Positions 1 through 12,517 of a stretch of DNA of 64,000 bases are shown here, one piece after another (within the stretch, counting starts at the first letter, position 1; the number at the start of each line of letters is the position of its first letter). Source of the stretch: Azolla caroliniana (Eukaryota > Plantae > Polypodiophyta); assembly GCA_043228905.1 (NCBI GenBank), contig JBHGNT010000009.1:17484001-17548000 (forward strand), written 5' to 3'. The notes beneath the pieces are model-generated. The model searched no databases and had not been told where the DNA came from. It worked only from the letters and a program-made list of their open reading frames with translations. Position numbers and translations under genes: made by a program.

Positions 1-263
1 CACGAGTAGTTCCTTGTGTCGAGCCTAAGGGCACTAAACTTTAGGTTTCCACCTCTCACACGGACCTTCCGCACTGTCTTGTTGCTGGATAGCTTCGTCA
101 TTGCAACCTGACGCCCAAGCTCATACTTCCTCTTCTTGCGCCATGACTTCTTCTTTCCTCTTGTGGCGCGCCTTTTATGGGTAGAATCGCGGGAGATACT
201 CATGGCTATAGGCTATGGCGTTGCAGTAGAAGCAGAAGAAGAAGCCCTCTCTCTCTCTCTCTC

Positions 264-1089
264 AGGATATCATCTCACCAACTTGAGATTGAGAATGGTC
301 GAGCTAATAGAGTCCCTAGAGAGGAAAGGCTATGTAGGTTATGCCACATAGAGATAGAGGATGAGTATCACTTCACATGCAAGTGCCCAACTTATGCCGA
401 GATACGGGCGGAATACCAAGACATACTAGGACCCTCTCCCACCCTCTCCAAACTATTAGATACCCCGAGTGTAAAGAGACTAGGTAGGTATATCTTAGAG
501 CTAAAACAACATAGGGAGGATAAACTACAAAGTGTTAATCATAACCCTTTTACTACTCATCAACATGTACCTAGTGTAATTTTTCAGGAACATGGGGAGA
601 CGATGAATGTGGATACACTTATGCCGCTCGGCCTCTCCCTTGAGGAAGCAGAAATACAAAGAGCAACCAAACGTCCTCGGATGTTGGGCTTCAACACAAG
701 TCAACGTGGAGTAGAAAAGATTAAGAAGATAAGGGAACGTGAGCTACGTCGACTCGAAGCTATGGTTGGGGTACCTCTTACATGGGGACCACGGGCCACA
801 TCCACATCATGGCAACCCTTTGACCCCCCGCTTCTCTTCGAGAGACTTGGATGGAAATGAAATTAGGCCTAGTATAGAATCATTCTCATTGTAGAACATG
901 TTTTTTATATAGAACATGTTTGTTGTTTTCTTAGAACTATTTAGCTTAAACTCTATTTTATCTTATTTTTATTTTTACTTTCGATGAATGGGTAAATATC
1001 CCATTTTTGTTGTACACCTTTTGTCTCATGGGCCAATTTTGGCCTTAGAAGACGTTAATATATCTTTCTTTCTTTCTTTCTTTCTTTCT
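264..1089 (+). mobile_element. 5'-truncated LINE 3' end (C-terminal Cys/His domain, 3' UTR, (TTTC)n tail)
   Basis: ORF 177..860 contains RISSHQLEIENGR...ERLCRLC...EDEYHFTCKC, the C-terminal motif of APE-LINE ORF2. It starts directly after (CT)n at 247-263 and ends in (TTTC)n at about 1063-1089. Confidence 0.8.
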
Positions 1090-1456
1090 CAAAATTCAAA
1101 CTCTTGCTCTAATTTGATCCCAATGAAGAGTAAGCTCAGCATGTTAGCTAATATATGAACAACGCCTGCATGGAACCAAAGGCAAGTAATAAGGCGCTAG
1201 CCTTGATGATTATGAACAACCTTGTTTGTATCAAGGGCACCCAATTGGCACGAGATGAAGGACCAAAGAGAGGATTCTCGTTGAGAGGTTGGAATGAGAA
1301 ACGATGAAGAAACTTGGTGACGCACTTGCCATCTACGGTGTTCTTGGGTCAATTGTTGATATACATGGTGAGCAGAAATATAATCACATTCACAATGATA
1401 ATGAGAGGAATGAGAAGGGATATCCTCCTCTCCTTCGTCCCTTCCGATTCAAAGAG

Positions 1457-1495
<39 letters not shown>

Positions 1496-1582
1496 GAGAG
1501 ATTGGCAGAGAGCAGGGGTGGGCTATGTGGTGCCTTAGAGCTCACTCTGCACCTAGAACAGAGTATCGTCCATGGTTGGTAG

Positions 1583-1630
<48 letters not shown>

Positions 1631-1719
1631 GTATGTATTGTATGTCCATGCACATATGTGTTATATGTTCCCAAAGAAGAATATACTCCATTAGTTAAAA
1701 TGGCATACAATACACAACT

Positions 1720-2052
1720 TTAAACAACCCAACCCTCTACTAAACATCCTCTGCCTATGAATGTTGCATTATACTTAGCTTTCATTGCTACGAGTACTCC
1801 CCCATGAATCTGTCTGTCCCCCGTAGCTGCTGACCATGTATTGGTCCAACTCCCAGGCCAGATGTTTCCAATTTTGTCGATCTTATCCCCATCTAGATGA
1901 TGCTCTTGCACCATGATAACATCAGGCACTATTGCCTCGGTGCATCGCTGAATTTCCGCAACTAATACATTCTTCCTCATGTGGAATTGGCTGCCACCAA
2001 TTCCTTGTATATTCCATGTTAGCAAGCTAGGATTCATTTTAGCATATACCAT
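1720..2052 (-). pseudogene. LINE APE endonuclease N-terminal fragment
   Basis: LLTWNIQG...PDVIMVQEHHL...GGVLVAMK match APE endonuclease motifs I-III; the fragment is truncated. Confidence 0.7.
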
Positions 2053-2129
2053 GCCTCTTTAGTGGCCCAACCAATGCATTTTCAACTTCCACTAGGTTTG
2101 CTAAGATCATATCTTGGAGATTATCTTCT

Positions 2130-3003
2130 ATGTGTGTATCACAAGTGTGTACGTATGTATGTGCTATATGTGTGTGTATGTTATACATGTGTGTATGTTC
2201 TTTATTTCTACATATGTATGTATGTATTATGTTTTGTATATATATAATGTCTCTATGTATGTGTGTGTGTGTGTGTGTGTGTATTTTCTATTGATGTACA
2301 TATGTATGTATTGTATTGCATGTGTTGTATGTATGGCAGGTGTGTGTGTGTGTGTTCTTTACATGTGCATATGTATATATTCTATGTCTGGCACGTGTGT
2401 ATGTGTGTATTCATCCATACAATACAATACATACATACACACATACGACACACACCACATACATATATACAGACATATACACATGCATGTATGTGTGTAT
2501 GTATGTACATATTGTATAGTATGTATGTATGCATATATGTATGTACATGTATGGATGTAAGTTGGTAACATTTATTCATGTATCATTGTAGGCGTGTGTA
2601 CGTATATACGTGTAGCAATGTATGAATGAATATATGTATGTCCATGTACAAATGCACATATGTGTATATATGTAATATGTAATGTATTTATGTATGTATA
2701 TTTTTGGGGTATTTTCGTGTTTAGTATGTGTATGGCTCATATATGGATGTATGTTTGCAATATGCACATAATATGCATGCATATATCCAAGGTATGTGTA
2801 AGTATACATATATCTAATGTGTATGTGCATGCATGCATGTATGTATATATGAAAGTATTGTAATTTGTATGACTCTGTATGACCTATATAATATATATAT
2901 ATGTATATATGTATATATGTATGTATATATATATGTATATGTATGTATGTATGTATATATGTATGTATATATATATGTATATGTATGTATGTATGTATAT
3001 ATG

Positions 3004-3035
<32 letters not shown>

Positions 3036-4360
3036 TGTATGTATATATATGGTGATATGTGGAATATGTATGTATTTGTATGCATATATGCATGTGTCAA
3101 TGTACATGATTTAATGTGTCTGGATGTGTGTTTATAATATGTGCATAATATGTATGTATATATCTAATGTATGTATATCGATGTATATATATACTTATTA
3201 TAGTGTGTATGACCATGTGTGTGTCTATGTTTGTATATGTGGTGATATGTATGTACATATGTAATGTATGTATGTATGTGTATGTAATATACATATATAA
3301 TGTAATATGTATGTGTTTGGATGTATGTTTGTAAAATTTGTATATTTAAATTGTAGGCATATGTATATATGTGTCGCAATTATGAATGAATATATGTATG
3401 TATATGTATGAATGTATGTATGTGTATATATGTAATGTATTCATTTATGTATATTTTTAGGATATTTTCATTTTTAGTATGTGTATAGATCGTATATGGA
3501 TATATGTTTGTAATATGTACGTTATATGCACTCATATATCCGATGTGTGTGTATGTATGTATGTATATATGTAAGTATTGTAGGTTGTATGGTCCCATAT
3601 AACCTATGTATATATATGGCAATATGTGGAATATGTATGTACATATGTAATATATATGTGTATGTATATATGTAATGCATGTATGTATGTATATATGTAA
3701 TGTATGTATGTGTATGTAAATTTGTATATTGTGTAATATGTATGGATTATATGATATGTCGTATGTAATTTATTTATGTGTGTGTGTGTGTACTATATAT
3801 ATGTATGTAACTTATTTATTGTATGTAATTAGATTTGTAATACATATAATATGTAATTGTACGTATTTATGTGTATGTGTATCTGCATATATAAGTTGTA
3901 ATTTATTTATGTATGTATATCTTTTGTGTTTGGTATATATATATATATATATATTTGTATATAATTGTGTCCATAATAATATACATACTTGTGTAATATG
4001 TAATATACAATATATGTTTGTAAGAAAGAAAGAAAGATATATTAACGTCTTCTAAGAATGCGTATGTATATATGTAATATGATATTTTTATGCATGTATT
4101 AATGTCTGTCAATACATATGGCTTATTATAATATGTGTGTACCATGTATGCATTTATGTATATGTATTTATGTATGTCTATGTACGTATGTACATAATAT
4201 ATATTTGTATATATATTCATGTTTAGTTAGTATGCATGTATAAATTGGTGTACTGTATGTATATACATATTCATGGATGTAGTGTTTAAATGTAGGTATA
4301 CATGCATGTATATATGTATGTATGTATGCTACTCCAAATTTAATTATTGTTTGCACAATA
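2130..4360. repeat. ~2.2-kb degenerate (TA)/(TG)/(ATGT)n low-complexity tract
   Basis: Continuous alternating purine-pyrimidine sequence; it produces many spurious YIHT/MYVC ORFs. Confidence 0.95.
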
Positions 4361-4799
4361 TATTCTTTATTATCTCATTGAAATATCTAATATGTCATGG
4401 GCTTATGTAATTTTTTTCTCTAGCATAATTGATAGTACCCTTATGTAAATATATATTTTATGTATTATTAATACCCTTATATATATACATTTTGTATTTC
4501 AATGGTTAATTTAAACCCCTTTTGACGAACTCACGTAGTATCATACAAGTTTTCACAGTGAAGCCCCCGAGGAAATCTTACACACAAGATATGAATAACG
4601 TTGGTTAAAAGAAATAACACTTGATCACAAAGCAAAAGTGCCTTTTATAAAATAAAGGTTTCAAGTTACAATAGGTTTTGTTTACAAGAGGGATAGTTCG
4701 TGAAGGGAAGGGAAGAAAAATGGAGAAAATAATTGAGTGGAGCATGAAAGAGGCAAGTTTTGATATATGGGATTAGAGTATACATGTGTCCTTGATATG

Positions 4800-5997
4800 T
4801 GTGTCCTTACTGAAAAGGGGTATTCATACATTGCCACACAAAGTCTCTATGCGTGAATACGACATACACATATGAGCTCAACATTCTGGGCGATGTCTTA
4901 AGTATGACACTTAAGTTATCACTCCCTCTTAATATGTCATCATATCTTGAATGAGTTGCGCTATATGCCGAGCATGTGAAGAACAAGTGACATTCATCCT
5001 CTTCCATGCCTTCATTGCATACTTTAAATGCCTTCAAATTTGTTAAATTTTGATACCATTATGCAACTTCAATACCTAGCTTGTGAGATTGAGTGCGAAA
5101 TAGTGTGAGGGCTCTACGAGCATTACTACTCATATTGGTAATGAGATAAGGTTGGATATGATCAATAGGCATTCTTGCCTTATATTGAGACCAACATTCA
5201 TGGTTGACATTTGTAATGTAGTATTCTAGCTTTGTCCTCTTAGCATCTGCCCGTTGCATCCTTAATGATTCCACCAACCTTTCCTCAATCATTACATGAT
5301 GCATAGCATCTCTCGAAAGCTCTAAAAGATCATCCACACCCCATTTTTTGAACCATTTTCTTATGTCAATAACCCAACCGGATGAGAGAATTTTACTAAG
5401 ACTCTTTTGTAGCTTACGCTCAACATTCCAAGCAAGATGTGGTAATTGATGATTTGGCATATTCTTGACTTTTGTAATGTATCTATATACTTTTTGTAGT
5501 GCCAATACCTCTATGGGAGGAACACCTGTTTCCAAGAACATAACCTACTAGGAGGTAGTGCATTTAACTCCTAATTGCCTCATTAAAAACACCTTTTGAA
5601 TTTTCGCAATCTCATTCCATTCATTAAGAGAGATGGTGCCACCCCACACTTCTACTCCATAAAGCAATACTTGAGTTACCATGACATTGAACAACATTAG
5701 TTTTACTTCCCATCCACAAGTATCACTTTGGTTGCATTCGTTCTCCAAAAGGTAATACGATTTCCAACCAGTTTGAAGCCCAAAATCAAATCTTGCACTA
5801 CATTTATTCATGGCGGGTACACTAATAGTAAGATATTTAAAGCTTCAAACAAAGTGTATATGTTCACCTCTATATGTGAGCATATGATAATGATGGGGTT
5901 GAATGGTTTGCACTGCCATCATCTTTGTTTTCTTCACATGCACAACTAGTCCACCACTATGACAAAATTCATCTAATACCCCAAGTAAATGTTGCAT
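4800..5997 (-). mobile_element. 5'-truncated, degenerate LINE (RT C-terminal half and Cys/His domain)
   Basis: Minus-strand pieces MQHLLGVLDEFC..VKKTKMM, VLLYGVEVWG, ETGVPPIE, RTQSHKLGIE and EEDECHLFFTC are colinear with the LINE ORF2 at 37017-38120. Confidence 0.85.
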
Positions 5998-8914
5998 ACT
6001 ATGAGGCGAGTGGGGGACGAGATCCCATGTCTCATTATTGTTGAGAGCCTGCATCTCCTCGTTCATCACTTCAACCCATTGCGGATCTATAGCTGCTTCA
6101 GAACAATTTCCCGGTTCTCGGACTGTCGCCACCTTCATCATAAAGGCATAGTGATATGCCATATAGTCGTTGTAGCTGAATCGGCTAACCGGATTCTTCT
6201 CTCGGGTGGAGCGATGGAGTTTCTCATTTGCCGATGTGAGTGCTTTCTTAACTCTGAGTGACCTCATAAGAGGCAGGTCAAAGCCACCGAACTCACTATC
6301 GAGTGAGTGAGTCGATTCGTTGCTGTCGAATTGATCGTCTTCATATTATGGCATTTTGGCTTTGCCTTTGTCCATCTTTGGACTTGGCCGAGACGTGCTT
6401 TGGTCGCTCGGGGGCTTATGTGGCCCACTTAGCCTTGTCGTAATTGGATTTTCTTCGAACATATGCCTTAGTTGATCATCGTCTTCTATGTTGTTGAGGT
6501 CATTCGTAAATGGTTTGGAAGGAGTTGGCTCGGGTTCGTACCATGACGCTGATTCGTCAAAGACAATGTCTCAACTTACACGAACCTTCCGAGTACAGGG
6601 GTTATAGCACTTGTACCCCTTTTGCTCTAGTGAGTATCCTACACGGATACACTTCTCCGACTTAGGATTGAGCTTTTGTCGCTTTTCGACAGGAATGTGC
6701 ACATATACAAGTGAACCGAATATCCTTGGCATACTTTTCGTGCGGGGTAACCTCGTGCACACCGGATGTTGTCCTCCGGTTCATGAGGTAGACAACGGTA
6801 TTTGAAACTTCTACCCAATATGACTTGGGCATATGCTTCTCATTGAGCATGGCCCGTGCTACTCCGAGGATGTGCCGATTCTTGCGTTCGGCTACACCGT
6901 TCTGTTGCAGTGTGTGTCAACAAGTGAATTCTTGCCGAATTCCTTCTTGTCAAAGGTATGCCGTGAACGCATTGGAGAAGTATTCATTTACTCCGTCTGA
7001 CCAAAGACCTCGTACATGGTGGCCGGTTTTCTTTTCGACTTCGCTTTTTAATTTTTGGAAGTATGAAAACACTTCGCCTTGCATCCCTTGCTCCACAGTT
7101 TGGCCAACCGAGACCAAATTCTTCATTATGGTGGGTACATGGAAGACATTTTTGATACAAGTTTATTCACCTTCTTTCTCGAATGGGACATTGGTGACAT
7201 GCCGAATCAGATGAGTGGTGTCATCTCCGGTTCCGACATAGCCGGGTCGATCTGGCTCTCGTAAGTCTCAGAACCATTCTTGATGAGACGTCATATGATT
7301 CGAAGCACTGGAGTCGACAAACCATACATCTTTCGGACCGGAGGCACTAGTTGAAGTAGAGGCCGACATAGAATTTGCTCTATGCTTCATTACAAACATT
7401 CCTCCATGGTCGTCATAGTCGGAATTTGTGGCGTAGTTGATTAGTTGCCGGCTTGTGGAAGCCGACTCACACTTCTTCTTTCGGCACTCTTCTTCATGGT
7501 GGCCGATTTTGCTGCAATATCCAAATTCAATCGAGATTTGTCGCCTCGGGATGGAATGGAAGCTCCCCCTTCTTCCGAAGGTTCCTCGATGGCTTCCGTC
7601 TTTTCATAAGTCGATTTTCCATTTTCACCTACTTTTACCAACTCATTTCTTTTTAGATTCGTTTCACACTTCATAACCTTTGTCCCATGGATAACACAGA
7701 CCTCGTCCTCCTCATCCTTGGCCGAATCTGCCTCTTGCTTAGCCGTGTCCTCTTCCTCAGCTCGAATGTGTGTAGAGCATGTGGCCTTCTAAGGCATTGC
7801 TCTTAGTTTGAACATGATTTTCTTCAACCAATAACATTGATTGAAGATCTAAGAAAGAGGGAGGATTCTCCCTTGCTAGAACGACGGTTCTCATTGTGCC
7901 AAACCGTGGTGCGAGGCTGGCGAAGCATATTTGCACCATCTCGTCATCATCCACATTGACACTTATTGAGCCGAGTGAGTCACAAAGCTCCTTGATCTTC
8001 AAGGTGTAGCTCTTGATGGACATGTCCCGTTGTTGGATGTTGTTCAACTCTTGGTGGAGTTGAAGTTTTTGTGCCATCGTATTGGCGGCGAATATCTTCT
8101 TGAGATTCTCCCAACCTTCCTTTGGTGTCTTGGCTTCTTGAATGTAGCCAAGCATGATGTGGTCATGAACACATGTCACCAAGCAATGCATCACTTGGCT
8201 TGTGGCTTGCTCCCATGTTGAGTATTCGGGAGTCATTGTATCGGGTTGATTTTCTTATGCTCGTTAGATGTAGCTCCAATTGCATTGGCTGACAAGGTAT
8301 TGGTGCATCTTGTACTCCCAAGATGCAAAGTTGTTTCTATTCAACTTCTTGCTAGGGAGACCGCACCCAATTTGAGTATTCATTCCGTCGATGTAGATTT
8401 CTTTCTTCTTTTCCTTGTCTTTCAAACATGAGCTATGTAGCGGCACTACGAAAGCGATGAGACGGATTTCTTTGAATTGTTAGTGTAGACACAACACACG
8501 CGGATGGGCTAGATTGAGCTACCAAATCGCTCTAATACTATGTAAAGAATCGATGGTGATTCTGTGCAGCGGAATAGGTTAGAGATGTGTTTGTTTGTGT
8601 GTGTGTGTGTTTGAGAAGAGGAGACGAGATAGATAGAAAAATGGAAAATAGAATACTCACGAAATATATCTTACAAAGACACATTACAAAGTAGGAGGAG
8701 GGTGCTTTATATAGTCACCCTCTGTCTTCATTAACTACCAAAGCTCATCGGTCATGGGGAATGTGGAAACTCATTAGTTATGTGTCATAGTATATGATTC
8801 TATGACACATAGTTAATGTGTAGAGAGTAGTGGTGTGACTTTTGACCTTTGAGCGTTCATGCACTCTCAAGGGTGTGTTCACACACTAGACTAGGTTGAG
8901 CTTGATTCTCAACA
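5998..8914 (-). mobile_element. Degenerate Ty1/copia element B (5' LTR 8541-8914, gag, PR, INT; truncated at the start of RT)
   Basis: LTR begins TGTTGAGAATCAAGCTCAAC on the minus strand and is followed by a degenerate Met PBS (TAGTATTAGAGC). Fragments: KLNRNNFASWEYKMHQY, QELNNIQQRD, KPKSEKC/VGYSLEQKGYKC, ETWDLVP. Confidence 0.9.
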
Positions 8915-10879
8915 GTGTGCAGTTTCTCGGTTATTGGTGTGGCTGACAAATCTAAACCACGAAACTCACTGTTGGATGAGTGTTCCGATTTGATTCCTTC
9001 CGAGTCTTTGTACTCAAGCATTTTGGCCTTCCCTTTGTCCATCTTCGAACTTGATTACGGCGTGCTTTGGTCACTCTGGGGCTCCTTTGGTCCATTCATC
9101 CTAGTTGAGACTAGACTCTCGTTCGATGTGAGCCTTAGTCATTTATCCTCCTCTGAGTCTTTATTGAAATCGGTTTTGATTGGATGATCGGATGGAACTG
9201 AGTCGACCGAATATCAAGATGTCGATTCGTCGAATACTACATCCCTACTCACTCGTAGCTTTTTAGTGGATTGGTTGAAGCATTTGTACCCTTTCTATTC
9301 GAGCGAGTACCCCACAAGGATACACTTCTTCGATTTCGGATCAAGTTTTTGCCACTTTCCATCGGAAATGTGTACGAATGCGATTGAGCCGAATATCCGG
9401 GCGTGGGACAAGTTCGGCTTCTTTCCATAGAACTTTTCGTGGGAGGTGATATCATGCTCTGGATGTCATACACTAGTTCATTAGATAGATGGTTGTGTTT
9501 GCCATTTCAGCCCAATACAATTTCAGCAGGTTCTTTTCGTTCATCATTGCTCTCGCCACCTCCAATATGAGCTGATTTTTACGTTCGGCTACTCCATTTT
9601 GCTCAGGTGTGTGTCGGCACGAGAATTCTTGGCAAATTCCTTCCTTTTGGAGGTACCCTGTAAATTCGTTCGAGAAATATTCCTTGCCCCCATCCGATCG
9701 AAGGCATCCAACATGCCGACCGGTTTCCTTTTCAACTTCATTCTTGAACTTTTGGAAGTGTATGAACACTTCGCTCTTTTGCCGCATAGGGTAAATCCAG
9801 GTATGCCGAGAGAAGTTGTCGATGAACGTCACATAGTAACGACAACCACCGAATGTTGTTGTCTAGGCCGGTTCCCATACATCTGAATGAACTACATCCA
9901 GGGTTCCTTTGCTCATGTTCCTCTCTTCCGGAAATGGTTGTCGAGCTGTTTGCCAAATTGACAAGCTTCACATACACCTATCATCTCCTTCTCCGTAAAA
10001 GTTGGGAGTCCGATGATGACTCCTTTCGACTGCATCCCTTTAAGTTTTAGGATATTGATGTGGCTGATTCGTTTGTGCCACAAATCTATGTTGGTGTTGG
10101 CTTTCCGACCCTTGGCATACATAACCAATTTCATCTCATGAGAATCGAGCATGAACAATCGACCGTGAGCAATAATTCGGCCTTCCTTTTTGATGAAACA
10201 CCCTCCATCGTTGAACCGAACTTGCATGTCTTGTTCCATGATCTTGCCGACCGAGACAAGATTCTTCGTTATTTTCAGAACATGCAAGACATTTTTGATG
10301 TAGGTCTCATTCCCCTCTTTGTTGAATGGGACATTGCCGACATGTTGAATGGGGTGTATTGTGTCATCCCCGGTTTCAACATAGCCGGGTTGATTGGGTT
10401 TTCGGAGTTCTCGAAAGCAATCTGCATGGGGTGTCATGTGATTAGACGCACCCGAATCTACAAACCAAACATCTTCCGGATTGGAGGTGTTGGTCGAGCA
10501 CGATTTCGTCATTGTGTTCGCTCTGTGTCGCATCATAAACATTCTGCCATGATCGTCGTAGTCAAAATTCGAGGCATAATTAGTGAGTTGTTGACCTGTG
10601 AATGTTGTCTCACATTTCTTTTTCCGACACTCTGCCTCGTAGTGGCCGAATTTGCCACAATATCCACACTGAACAGAGTTGTTTTGTCGGCTGGGTCCCA
10701 CATAATTGCTCCCCCTTCTACTCGAGGCTCCGCCTCGCGAGTTTGTGGCTTCTTGTCGGTAGTAGAAGTTGTGCTCGTGGGACTGCCCTTGATTGTGTCG
10801 ACCTTGGCTGAATCAGCCTCTTCTACCACGACCTTGTCCTCTTCCTCCATCCGAGTTTGAATAGAGCATGTGTCCCTCT
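8915..10879 (-). mobile_element. Ty1/copia element A, 3' part (zinc knuckle, PR, GAG-pre-integrase, INT)
   Basis: CGYCGKFGHYEAEC, WFVDSGASNHM, LWHKRISH, CEACQFGK, LRSDGGKEY, NGVAERKN. Cut at 8914 by element B and at 10880 by a MITE. Confidence 0.9.
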
Positions 10880-11663
10880 CATAGTTGTTTAAGTACCCGT
10901 ATTTAACGTATAGTACCTCATCATTTGTATAGTATGTACTATACCTCAATATTGTTCAGTCAAATATCATGTACATTTGTCTTATGCGGTATTTAACGAA
11001 TTTATAAAAAAACAGGTATAATACGTATTTATAAAGAAAATGTAAGTAAAAACCTAACAAAAAGCAAAAGAAAAAAAAGATTTTAGTGAAAACAAAGCCA
11101 AAGGAAGAAAGAAACCAGAATAGAAGAGACAACAATGAGAAAATGAAGAAGAAGAAGAAGAAGAAGAGAGAAAAGAAGACATAAACCTATCCTGAGTGTG
11201 ATAATCAAAGTAGATAGAAGAAGAAGAAGAAGAAAATGAAGAAAAGAGAAACCTATCATAAGTGTGATAATCATAGACAATTCCTCAATCTATGAAGGCA
11301 TAATTGTAAATAATTACAATTTGAAGTAGAACATCGTGATACACACTTACACTGATTTATAAAATAAGGGAATGTCAACATCCATATTACTACAAGTATT
11401 TTAGGATGTGAAATATTAAAAATGTTTTATATGCATTTTAGGATGTAGAACTATATTGTACATCACAAAATTGTGTCAACATAGATGCTTTTTACAATAT
11501 TATAGATGTTTTTTAGAAAGGTAAATAATTTTCAAATTCTAGAAGTATTTAACGTACTATATGTACTATACGTATTTTATAAGTATTCAACATATTAAGA
11601 AAACGTATTTAACGTATTTTTAAATTGGGAGGTACTATACGAGTATTAATACGTTAAATACGT
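10880..11663. mobile_element. hAT-type MITE copy 1, main part (its other end is at 25073-25102, inverted)
   Basis: High identity to 42383-43218. TIR CATAGTTGTT. 8-bp TSD GTCCCTCT (10872-10879) is the reverse complement of AGAGGGAC (25065-25072). Confidence 0.85.
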
Positions 11664-12479
11664 TGTCGTAGTGTAATTCGCACACTACGTGAAAAATGCA
11701 TTTTTGTCCCTCTGGATGGGACAAGGAGGAACCGGTAAGGAGGACCCGGTAAGGAGAACCAGTAATAACCGGATGAAGGAGGAACCAGCAAGGAGGACCC
11801 GGTAAGGAGACTCGTTAAGAACCGGATCAAGCAGAACCGGCAAGAGCTAGATAAAGAAGGCCGGTGAGAGTCTCTCACCGGATGGAGAGACAAATTTGTA
11901 AATAAAAGAAAAGATTATTACATGCATAGGGAAAGATTCCAACCTTGTACCTCCACATAGACAAACCCCAACCTTACCACATTGTACTAACTTATCCTAA
12001 GTGTTCTAAATATAGATTTAATACGTATAAGACCTTTATTGACGCCTACCTTTATTAAAAGGTAAGTCATGCATTTTTAGAATGCGTGAATACTTTAAAG
12101 AAAAATGTACACAAATATAAAAATTACGCATGCACATTTAGTGGGCATGAACACTTTAGAAAAAGCATGAAGCTATGCTTAGCCTCTTCCATCCTTATAT
12201 AAGGAGGAGAGAAAGATGTATGGGGTTGTTGATTATTTTACAAGGATTGATCAATCTAATATATTCGTGGGATTCACGAGTTTATCATCAAAATTCTCTT
12301 TCTTACAATCTAAATATTGATTAAATACACTAAACACGTGGGATTCACAAGTTTTATTTCTTACTTCTCTTTCTACCTATTCATAACTAGCCTTATATTG
12401 TATTCTTCTTTCTCCTACTCCAAAACCTCAGTGGTTCCCACCCGACTCACGCAACGATCCAGAGCTGAAAGGCACGACA
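11664..12479 (+). repeat. 5' LTR of Ty3/gypsy element (816 bp, TG...CA)
   Basis: TGTCGTAG...GGCACGACA. A reverse-complement copy lies at 25107-25891. Followed by a PBS and gag. Confidence 0.92.
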
Positions 12480-12483
12480 CAAG

Positions 12484-12501
12484 TGGTGAACCCGACGTGA
12501 A
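12484..12501 (+). promoter_or_regulatory. Primer binding site complementary to tRNA-Trp
   Basis: TGGTGAACCCGACGTGAA is complementary to the plant cytosolic tRNA-Trp 3' end (...UUCACGUCGGGUUCACCA, recalled from memory). It lies 4 nt after the LTR. Confidence 0.8.
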
Positions 12502-12517
12502 ACCGGGTGGCAAGGAG

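Noticed and set aside
2062-4356. Many overlapping ORFs rich in Y/I/H/T or M/Y/V/C
   Set aside because: They are translations of stop-poor TA/TG microsatellite, not genes.
5845-6267. Chimeric copia-LINE ORF as a novel fusion gene
   Set aside because: A chance in-frame junction of a 5'-truncated LINE with a decayed copia; both sides carry stops and frameshifts nearby.
10060-10860. 266-aa plus-strand ORF and other antisense ORFs over the pol regions
   Set aside because: Shadow frames of copia coding sequence with no recognisable motifs.
12484-12501. tRNA-like sequence
   Set aside because: Only an 18-nt complement to a tRNA 3' end next to an LTR (a PBS); there is no cloverleaf.
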